Positions 17,685-25,700 of a stretch of 29,714 nt of DNA are shown here, one piece after another. The notes under the pieces are model-generated. The model was not told the origin of the DNA. It was given only the letters and a program-made list of their open reading frames with translations, and made no database searches. Within the stretch, counting starts at the first letter, position 1. Every line of letters begins with the position of its first letter. Location of the stretch: assembly GCA_011391345.1 (NCBI GenBank), contig JAABQR010000114.1, forward strand, positions 1 through 29,714, written 5' to 3'. A program made the translations under genes and the position numbers. Source of the DNA: Methanobacteriota archaeon. Its GTDB lineage: Archaea > Thermoplasmatota > Thermoplasmata > UBA10834.

Positions 17685-19868
17685 ATGTTGGACAAGAGAT
17701 TACCTAGAATTGTCATATGCGCAGCCTTGGCGATCATCATGGCATTGCCCGTTTCGGCATTGGCCACCAAGAACCAGACAGTAGACTGGAATGCCGCGGT
17801 AGTGGCAAAGCTCGATATGATGTATGCCGAAGAGATCATCGAGACTGTGTGCGCGATGGGGGACAGCTCCTTGGGGTTCAGGGGGGCCGGAGGCCCTGCT
17901 GACCATCAGGTGGCGTCGTACATCGTGGAACAGATGGATGAGATAGGTCTCTCGGACGTAGCCAAGGAGGAAGTTCCGCTCGATGCTTGGGAGTTCAGGT
18001 CCGCGTACCTGGAAGTGCCAGGAATGAGCAGGATCACCGCAGCGTCGTTCGGCGGGTTCCCCGGGACAGATGACCAGGGCACGGACTACGCCAACGAGGC
18101 TATAGATGCTGAGATCGTCTGGGTTAACAACGGGTACGCGAGCGACTACATCGGGAAGAACGTTGAGGGCAAGATAGTCCTCGCGAACTGGATCGGGTAC
18201 GACTACTGGGTCGACTCGATGGCGTACGGCGCCATGGAGAACGGCGCCGCGGGCATGGTCGTCACGACGATAGACTCGAACGTGGGCCAGGACGAATCCG
18301 CCCTGTCGTGCCACGACGGGCTCTATGTGCCCGGGTTCCCGCCGCTGATCTCTATCGCGAAGGAGGACGCCCAGATCATAGTCGATCGGCTGGAGTCAGG
18401 GGAGAAGGTCACCGCCACGATGTACAGTGACATCGTGAAGACGCCGGATGACTTGGGAGGCGTCGGGTACAATGTGGTAGGTATGCTCCCGGGGAAGAAC
18501 TACGGGAAGCCCCAGGATGAGTTCGTGATATTCGGCCCACACCACGACGCGTGGTTCCAGGGAGCGATGGACGACACCTCTGGCATCGCTGCGATGCTTG
18601 TAATCGCGAAGGCGATGGCCGAGGTGTGCGAGGAGGACAAGGTCGCCCCTGAGCGCACAATCATATTCACCTCACACACAGCCGAGGAGTACGGTATCGA
18701 TGACACGTACTACGATTGGTGCTACGGTGCCAACTACCAGATAACCGTCGAGCACCCGGATTGGGCCGGCAGAAGCGTCGCCTACCTGTGCATGGAGCTC
18801 ATGGGCATGGCGGGAGAACCGGTCTACGTGAACTGCGTGCCGGAGTTGTACAGTTTCGTGAAGCAGGTGTTCGCAGCTAACATTGACAACCTGCCGTATG
18901 GAGCGTCCGCAGACAACAACATACACACATGGGCGGACAGCTGGACATTCTCCGCTGCGGGCCTGCCGAGCCTGGAGTTCGAGACGGTCTCAGACGAGTG
19001 GGAGACATACTACTACCACACGCAGTGCGATGCGCCGGAGATCATAGACTACGCCTATCTGAGGCAGTGCTTCGCCGTAATCTCCGACATGACGACAAGG
19101 ATGGCGACGTACACAATCGCGCCGTACAACTTCGAGACGCTCGCGACCGACCTGAATTCGCACCTGCTCTTGGACGAGGAACTATGGGGTGTCGCTGCTC
19201 TGGATGAGATATACGAGTACTTTGAGATGAGCACGGAGAACAGGGACAAGCTTGTGAGCGAGGCGGCGAGATTCTCCGAGAACTCGGCCGCGCTCAAGGA
19301 AGCCCTTGCGGTAGCCAACCTTGCGAAAGCTTCAGAGATCAACACCGAGTTGATGTCCATCGTCAAGACGCTTGACACCTCGCTGATAGCCATAGGTGTC
19401 TGGGAGCAGGATTGGTATCCCTACCAGCAGCCGATAAACGACGTGTACCATCTCTGGTGGGGCCTGCAGGATCTCTGGGCCAAGATGGCGGGGACCGGGG
19501 ATAGCATGGGTCTGGGCACTCTCAACTGGGTTGGGATGACCTGGTACTACGACTACTCGTCGTACCTCAACTACATGGATCAGAGGGATCGCCTGACAGG
19601 TGATAGAGTGGCCTCATGGGGTCTTCAGACGCACCTGCAGCCCGCAGTCGATATCTGGCAGGAGTACGACGCCCTCAGGAGCGTGAAGGGACCGGACGGG
19701 CCGACTTTCCAGGATGTGCTCTGGGTAGTGCCATCACTGGAGACCGTGCTGGGCGGAACCGCGCTCGTGCAGCTCGAAGACGCCTTCGTCCTCATGTGGA
19801 CCGCCATAGAGGATGCCAACGGCCAGATAGAGGGCCTGATCGACAGCATATCGGCAGGTGCAGAGTGA
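17685..19868 (+). CDS. Secreted M28-family zinc peptidase with PA domain and C-terminal helical domain
   Basis: Probable ATG 17685 after GGAGGT; signal peptide; GPHHDAW, GAMDDTSG, AEEYG, YHTQCD metal-site motifs; PA-like insert GKIVLA. Confidence 0.9.
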   Translation: MLDKRLPRIVICAALAIIMALPVSALATKNQTVDWNAAVVAKLDMMYAEEIIETVCAMGDSSLGFRGAGGPADHQVASYIVEQMDEIGLSDVAKEEVPLDAWEFRSAYLEVPGMSRITAASFGGFPGTDDQGTDYANEAIDAEIVWVNNGYASDYIGKNVEGKIVLANWIGYDYWVDSMAYGAMENGAAGMVVTTIDSNVGQDESALSCHDGLYVPGFPPLISIAKEDAQIIVDRLESGEKVTATMYSDIVKTPDDLGGVGYNVVGMLPGKNYGKPQDEFVIFGPHHDAWFQGAMDDTSGIAAMLVIAKAMAEVCEEDKVAPERTIIFTSHTAEEYGIDDTYYDWCYGANYQITVEHPDWAGRSVAYLCMELMGMAGEPVYVNCVPELYSFVKQVFAANIDNLPYGASADNNIHTWADSWTFSAAGLPSLEFETVSDEWETYYYHTQCDAPEIIDYAYLRQCFAVISDMTTRMATYTIAPYNFETLATDLNSHLLLDEELWGVAALDEIYEYFEMSTENRDKLVSEAARFSENSAALKEALAVANLAKASEINTELMSIVKTLDTSLIAIGVWEQDWYPYQQPINDVYHLWWGLQDLWAKMAGTGDSMGLGTLNWVGMTWYYDYSSYLNYMDQRDRLTGDRVASWGLQTHLQPAVDIWQEYDALRSVKGPDGPTFQDVLWVVPSLETVLGGTALVQLEDAFVLMWTAIEDANGQIEGLIDSISAGAE

Positions 19869-19889
19869 GGTGCGAACACATCGCCTGAG

Positions 19890-19913
19890 AAACCCCTTAA
19901 CTCTTCTCATTTT
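19890..19913 (+). repeat. Dispersed motif AAACCCCTTAAC-N5-TCATTTT, copy 2 (possible terminator)
   Basis: Starts 22 nt after the stop at 19868; 19 fixed positions identical to the copy at 20680. Confidence 0.65.
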
Positions 19914-20000
19914 CCTCGTCTGTTCGCATTCCCTGAAGGGGATACCCGTTGCCGCTCTCTCAGCGGTGCTCGAGAATTGAGATTGGGATGCGGCGGAAAG

Positions 20001-20101
20001 TGCTCCCGCCGGGATTTGAACCCGGGTATCGAGCTTTCCCTGGCGCTCCGAAGGAGCACCGCGAGAGGCTCGAATGATTGGCCGGACTACACTACAGGAG
20101 C
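20001..20101 (-). tRNA. tRNA-Glu(CTC) with 26-nt intron at 37/38 (intron 20036-20061)
   Basis: Minus strand GCTCCTG/CGGGAGC acceptor stem, CGAGC/GCTCG anticodon stem, CT-CTC-G[intron]A loop, CCGGG-TTCAAAT-CCCGG T arm; BHB central helix CUCU/AGGG with two 3-nt bulges; CCA not encoded. Confidence 0.95.
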
Positions 20102-20128
20102 CTGGTGACTCCAAGCAAACGAAATGTC

Positions 20129-20137
20129 TTACATAAA
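20129..20137 (-). promoter_or_regulatory. Probable TATA box of tRNA-Glu
   Basis: TTTATGTAA on the minus strand about 28-36 nt upstream of the mature 5' end. Confidence 0.55.
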
Positions 20138-20348
20138 CCTTTGGGGCCGCCCCGGCTCTAGGGCGAGGGGAGGCCCAAGACCTGAATATCGGGCCTCTAG
20201 GGGTCACTTTTCAGGAAAGTGAGAACGTTCCGGGCACTTTTCAGCATAGGTCCAAATACCCTTTCACCGAAGGTTGACTCAAGAGGCGCGAAGGGCGGAA
20301 GGGGTCTCCCCCCTGCCCGTAGCGCCGAAGAAGGAGAGGTGAACAAAG

Positions 20349-20654
20349 ATGAAGGCAACGATGATAGTCGCGATCGTGGGAGTCGTCGCGGTCCTCGGCT
20401 TCGCCGGGGTCGCGGCAGCGAGCGGCGCCCTGACCGCATCTTCGAGCTCGGACACGAGTCCGGACTCGGGATCGAAGAAGGGGTTGGGCTCGGCCGACGG
20501 CGACGGGCACAAGAACATGTGGCAGCACATGTGGCAGTGGATGTTCGGCGGCGAGACGACGCAGACGCCCCACGAGTTCAACTATGACTACAACTACTCG
20601 TACGACTACGATGTAGTCATCGACTGCCCCGCGGCCAACTGCACCTGCAGCTGA
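20349..20654 (+). CDS. Hypothetical small secreted protein, 101 aa, Ser-rich then Met/Trp/His-rich then alternating Tyr
   Basis: Strong SD GGAGAGGTGA before ATG; signal-peptide-like N-terminus ending in VAAA; fills the gap between tRNA-Glu and nadE; followed by the recurrent 3' motif. Confidence 0.8.
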   Translation: MKATMIVAIVGVVAVLGFAGVAAASGALTASSSSDTSPDSGSKKGLGSADGDGHKNMWQHMWQWMFGGETTQTPHEFNYDYNYSYDYDVVIDCPAANCTCS

Positions 20655-20679
20655 GCGGGGGCGGCCACACCAACTCATC

Positions 20680-20703
20680 AAACCCCTTAACACCATTCAT
20701 TTT
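20680..20703 (+). repeat. Dispersed motif AAACCCCTTAAC-N5-TCATTTT, copy 3 (possible terminator)
   Basis: Starts 26 nt after the stop at 20654. Confidence 0.65.
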
Positions 20704-20750
20704 GATTCTGACCGACGGTTCTCTCGAAGGAACTTCCATCCGACCGGACT

Positions 20751-21569
20751 TCAGATATCCTCATCCCCTTCGCGCCAATCGAGCCCTGGTGTCCTCAGCC
20801 CTATCTTGGCGACGGCGGGGAACTTGCGCTTGTGCGAGCTCAGCCTGACCATCTTCGAGACCCGCTCGACATCCTGCAGGGACGCTTCAGCCCTCCTAGC
20901 CACGTCCTTCTCGGGCAACCCCTGTTCTATTCCCAGGAGGATCGCGTCCAACCTGTCGTAGGTGATACCCATCTCCCCCTCGTCCGTCTGCCCCTTCCAC
21001 AGTCCGGCAGATGGTGCCTTCTTGATGATCTTGGCGGGGATTCCCAACCTCCGAGCGAGTTCCCTGACCTCGGTCTTGTAGAGGTCGCCGATAGGTTCCA
21101 GATCCGCCCCTCCGTCCCCGTGCTTGGTGAAGTATCCGACGAGAAGTTCGCTCTTGTTCGATGTCCCAAGGACAAGCCTCGACTCTGCCGCGGCGCGGTG
21201 GTACAACAGTATCATCCTGCACCTAGCCTTCACATTCGCCAGTGCCATCCTGTCGGCTCGGCTCCCAATCGTCTTCCTGAACGCCTCCACGGCGTCGCTG
21301 ATATCCAATATCTCGTATCTCACGCCCTCGGTTTCGCACAACTGTTTGGCGTCCCCCAAGTCTTCCTTGGGCGAGTCCCTCTCGGGCAAGAGTAGCCCGA
21401 GGACCCGTTCCTTGCCGACCGCATTGGCAGCTAGTCTGAGGACGACTGCTGAGTCAATCCCCCCACTGACCCCTAGGACGTACCCCTTGGCCCCGGTCTT
21501 CCTCAACTTCTCCGCTAGGAAGTGCTCGATGACCTTGTCGGTGCCGTCCTTGAGTTCAGGCGACATCAT
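20751..21569 (-). CDS. nadE: NAD+ synthetase, single-domain type
   Basis: GVSGGIDSA PP-loop, ANVKARCRM, GTSNKSE, GYFTKHGDG, PIGDLYKTEV, PSAGLW, HKR; no fused glutaminase domain. Confidence 0.96.
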   Translation of the reverse strand: MMSPELKDGTDKVIEHFLAEKLRKTGAKGYVLGVSGGIDSAVVLRLAANAVGKERVLGLLLPERDSPKEDLGDAKQLCETEGVRYEILDISDAVEAFRKTIGSRADRMALANVKARCRMILLYHRAAAESRLVLGTSNKSELLVGYFTKHGDGGADLEPIGDLYKTEVRELARRLGIPAKIIKKAPSAGLWKGQTDEGEMGITYDRLDAILLGIEQGLPEKDVARRAEASLQDVERVSKMVRLSSHKRKFPAVAKIGLRTPGLDWREGDEDI

Positions 21570-21591
21570 CGGCGTTGTGATGGCATGGTCT

Positions 21592-21601
21592 GGATATATC
21601 C
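21592..21601. promoter_or_regulatory. Palindromic GGATATATCC, probable TATA box of nadE in the divergent promoter
   Basis: Perfect 10-bp palindrome 23-32 nt upstream of the nadE start. Confidence 0.5.
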
Positions 21602-21655
21602 GTTATGGTCGCGCAAGGGCTCATTGACCGTAAACAATAATCTACGGGCACGACG

Positions 21656-22495
21656 ATGTTGTCGCAGATGGCAGGAACAATAGTCACGCTCGCCCAAGTG
21701 GTATGTCAACTCCACGACAAGGAGACCAATCTGAAGCGCATGTCAACTGTCGTGCGCAAGACCCGGGGGAAGATCGTCGTGTTCCCGGAGATGAACCTCA
21801 CAGGATACCTTCCGAGGGACGACCTGTTCAAACTGGCCGAGACGATGTCAGGCCCGAGTGTCAAGGCAGTATCCAAGCTCGCGAAGGAGACGAGGAAGGA
21901 CATCGTATTCGGGGCGCCGATCAAGGATGAGAAGATCCACGGGCATATCTTCAACTCCTGCGTCCTGGCAGCCGGTGATGGTAGACTCTTCAGATACGAC
22001 AAGATGTACCTGCCCAACTTCGGCCCCTTCGAGGAGCGGGTCTTCTTCTCTCACGGCAAGAGTGCCGTGGTGGCTCAGGGATTGCATGCGAGGCTGGGCC
22101 TCATGGTCTGCTATGACATGTTCTTCCCCGAGCTGGCGAAGCTCGAGTCGCTCCTTGGCGCGCAGATGCTCGTGGACATCTCAGCTGCCCCGACGACGTC
22201 GAAGCTGAGCTTCCAGAGGGTGATGCCTGCAAGGGCGGTCGAGAACGGTGTGTTCCTGGCGTACGCCAACATGGTCGGTGTCCACGGCTCCCTCGTATTC
22301 GGCGGTGGCAGCGTCCTCTACGGTCCCAGAGGCGACGCCCTGGCTGCAGCCAAGGAGCTGGATGAAGAGGTCCTGGAGCAGGAGGTCGATTTCGCAGACC
22401 TAGAGATCGTCCGCAGGTTCAGGCCGCTGCTGAGGGACAGCCGACCAGAGATACTGGACAGTTTGGCTGACGCCCTCAGGGGCGGCGGAGCCTGA
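21656..22495 (+). CDS. Carbon-nitrogen hydrolase (nitrilase superfamily) resembling the NadE glutaminase domain
   Basis: Glu-Lys-Cys triad: VFPEM, YDKMYLP, VCYD; start at 21656 or 21668. Confidence 0.92.
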   Translation: MLSQMAGTIVTLAQVVCQLHDKETNLKRMSTVVRKTRGKIVVFPEMNLTGYLPRDDLFKLAETMSGPSVKAVSKLAKETRKDIVFGAPIKDEKIHGHIFNSCVLAAGDGRLFRYDKMYLPNFGPFEERVFFSHGKSAVVAQGLHARLGLMVCYDMFFPELAKLESLLGAQMLVDISAAPTTSKLSFQRVMPARAVENGVFLAYANMVGVHGSLVFGGGSVLYGPRGDALAAAKELDEEVLEQEVDFADLEIVRRFRPLLRDSRPEILDSLADALRGGGA

Positions 22496-22540
22496 AGGTG
22501 CCAGCGACTCGGCCCGAGCTCTGTCCGGGGGCGGATATTC

Positions 22541-22547
22541 TTAAATA
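22541..22547 (+). promoter_or_regulatory. TATA box of tRNA-Ser
   Basis: TTAAATA 27-33 nt upstream of the mature 5' end at 22574. Confidence 0.6.
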
Positions 22548-22573
22548 TTGACAGCCGTTTGATGGTCACCCAA

Positions 22574-22683
22574 GCTGAGGTGGCCCAGCCCGGTAAGGCG
22601 CGAGCCTGGAAGCTCCGTTGGATGTGCCAGCGAGCTCGTGGCGCGTTAGCGCCTCGGGAGTTCAAATCTCCCCCTCAGCGCCA
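22574..22683 (+). tRNA. tRNA-Ser(GGA) with 21-nt intron at 37/38 (intron 22612-22632), CCA encoded
   Basis: GCTGAGG/CCTCAGC acceptor stem, G73, CCA; CGAGC/GCTCG anticodon stem; CT-GGA-A[intron]A loop; long variable arm GGCGC-GTTA-GCGCC; T arm GGGAG-TTCAAAT-CTCCC; BHB central helix CUGG/CCAG. Confidence 0.95.
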
Positions 22684-22754
22684 TATCCTCCTGAAGTCCG
22701 TGCGGCATTCGGGCAAGGTATTTTGCCCACTAGGGCGATGTAAGCCTTCTGAAC

Positions 22755-25700
22755 ATGCACGGAATCGTGGGTGGTAGCGTGCCGATACGCGCATTGCTCG
22801 TGGACGACGACGTCGCATACCTAGAGGTCCTGAGCTTCTTCCTCGAGCGAGAGGGTTCGATAGAGAGCGAGACCGCAACGTCTGCCAGGGCGGCCTTGGA
22901 CCTGCTCTCCAAGAAGGAGTACGACGCAATCGTCTCGGACTACCTCATGCCTGACATGGACGGTCTCGAACTGCTCAAAATCGTCAGGCTCCAGGGAAAG
23001 GATGTCCCGTTCATAATGCTCACAGGACGAGGCAGGGAGGACGTTGCGATACAGGCTCTGAACAGCGGGGCCGATTTCTACATACAGAAGGGCGGGGACC
23101 CGAAGGCGCAGTACACTGACCTCTCGAACATGATCAAGAGGTCTGCCCAGCAGAGACGAGCTGAGAGGAGCGTCAGGGAAGGGGAACGGTTCCTCAAGGG
23201 TCTATTCTTGAGCATCCAGGATGGAGTCACCGTCCTGAACAAGGATCTTGTCATCGAGATGGTCAATCCCACCATCGAGAAATGGTACGCGGAATCGATG
23301 CCCCTGGTGGGCAAGAAGTGCTACGAGGCGTATCGAGGCAGGTCTGAGCCGTGCGACGTATGCCCCACACTCAAGACTGTCAGGACTGGCAGGATGGCCA
23401 ACGAGCGAATCAAGAAGGGCGGTGTCAGTGATGGGAACGAAGGATGGTTGGATGTCTACAGCTTCCCGATACTGAACGAAGCGACTGGCGAGGTCGAGCG
23501 CGTCATCGAGTACCTGCGGGACGTGACCGAGGAGGAATCGGCGAAGGCATCGTTGAGGGACAGCGAACGCAAATACAGGATGCTCGTGGACCTGGCGAAC
23601 GAGGGCATACTCGCGATAGAGTCAGGCGGGACAATCGGTTTTGTCAACCCGAGGATGGCGGAGATGCTCGGCTGCGAGGTCGAGGACCTGATTGGGAAAC
23701 ACATACGCTCTATCGTCGATGCGACGTGGGCGGAATCGGTCGGGTCGGCCAAACTCCACAGAGCCTTGGACGGTGGCGAGCGCTTCGAGCTGGTGCTCGC
23801 CAGGAAAGATGGTTCCACGGTCAATGTGATTGTGGCTGCCTCCCCTCTGTCTGCGGGTAGCGGTCTGTTCCAGGGCGCGATGGCGGTGGTCACGGAAATA
23901 ACCGAGATCAAGGCCGTCATGGAAAGCCTGGCATCGTCGGAGGAGAAGTTCGCTAAGATATTCCAGGATTCGCCACAACTGATTATGATTGCGCGGACGT
24001 CCGACTCGACGATCCTCGAAGTGAATGATTCGTTCACCAGGGTCACAGGGTATCGGAGGGATCAGCTACTTGGAAAGAATCCTGTTGAACTGGGGATATT
24101 CTCGAAGGAGTTGGTTGTTAGATTCGAGGAGTCTTTTGGGAACGAGGGGACCATACGCGATCTGGAGGTTCCGATTGGGACGGTAACAGGGGAGCCACAC
24201 CTCGTTCGGGTATCCGGCCACAGGATGATGCTTCAAGGTGAGCAATGCACGGTACTCGTCTCGTGCGACATATCCGCCGACGTAGTGGGAATGAATGTGC
24301 TCAGGCGTGAGAGGGACGTACTGAAGGCCATTTTGGAGTCTAACCCTGATGGAATCGTGATCACGGACCTAGATGGCAATGTGGTGGAGTGCAATCTCGC
24401 ACTGCTGACGTTGTTGGGCAACGTCTCCAAGGAGCAGTTCATCGGCAGGAACGTGTTCACGCAGTTGAAGGAGATCGATGCGGCGAAGGCCAAGCGCGTC
24501 GGCGCGAAGCTCATGAGTGAAGGGCTCGTGAGAAACATCTCGTTCGAGCTCGCTCGCGAGGACGGGATCAAGGTCCATGCGGACGTGTCTGCCGTGGTCG
24601 TGAAAGACCAGTTGCGGAAACCGCTCTACTTGATCGGCATAGTTCGTGACGTTACCGACCAGGTCCGGCACGAGGCGGAGCTCGAGGATGCACTGGAAGA
24701 CAGGAGACAGCTGGTATCCATCATCAACCAGAGTCCGGCGGTCGCCTTCCTTTGGCGCGCGGCGCCTGGGTGGCCGGTGGATTATGTCTCAGAGAATGTG
24801 CGGCAGTTCGGATACGAGGCGGGGGAGCTGACATCCGATGTCGTTCGCTTCGCATCAATCGTGCACCCGGACGACCTCGAGAGGATTGTGACGGAGGTCC
24901 AGACCCACGTCAAGGATGGCCGGTCGGAGTTCGAGCAGGAGTACAGACTCGTGTCACCTGATGGCAAGGTCCATTGGGTCTACGATAGGACCTTGGTGAT
25001 CAGGGACCGAACGGGCGCGGTCGATTCGTATCAGGGCATCGTGGTCGATATCACGGATCGGAAGGATGTGCTCGAGAAGTTGTCCAGGGCGGAGAGGCAG
25101 CTGAAGATGTTCATGGACATGTCGCCAGTGGTCAAATTCATGAAAGGCCGAGATGGCAGATACGTCTACGTGAACAAGGCGTACCAGGAGGTCTTCGGTA
25201 TCACTCCCGATGAGTGGATCGGGAAGACCGACCGCGAGCTGTTCCCATCCGAAGTCGCCGAGAGACTGATGGCAACGGATAGGAAGGTTTTCGAGAGTGG
25301 TAAGTTCCACGCGTCCCTCGAGGTCATCCCGCGGGAGGACGGCCTTCGCGAGTTCCTTACATACAGGTTCCTGGTGCCCAGCATAACGGGGGGAGAGGAC
25401 CTGCTGGCAGGAGTCGCAATCGACCTGACCGAGGAGCGACGATATGAGAGGGCCCTCAAGGCGGCGAACGAGAAGCTCACCCTCCTAGGCAGCATGACCC
25501 GGCACGATATCACGAACCAGCTGGCCGTCCTGGCCGGCTGGCTGGACATCACGAGAGACGATGTGAAGGACCCGGTCATTATCAAGCGTTTCGATGACAT
25601 GAAGGCAGCGGCCGACACGATTCAGAGGCTACTCATGTTCACTTCCGAGTACCAGGACCTGGGACTGCAGGAACCCGTTTGGATCCCTGCGGCCGAGGCC

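Noticed and set aside
20285-20690. Leader hairpin as a SECIS element with read-through of the TGA at 20652
   Set aside because: The internal loop is GAA/GTA rather than the archaeal GAA/A, and read-through would add only about 12 unremarkable residues.
20219-20696. Alternative ORFs 20219-20587 (+), 20241-20696 (-) and 20279-20581 (-)
   Set aside because: They lack a comparable SD or signal peptide; 20349-20654 has the strong SD and a coherent architecture.
24061-24120. Local GC dip in PAS3 of the kinase (25 of 60 bases) as a foreign insert
   Set aside because: The flanking 60-nt lines are 55-57% GC; the dip is too short to indicate an insertion.
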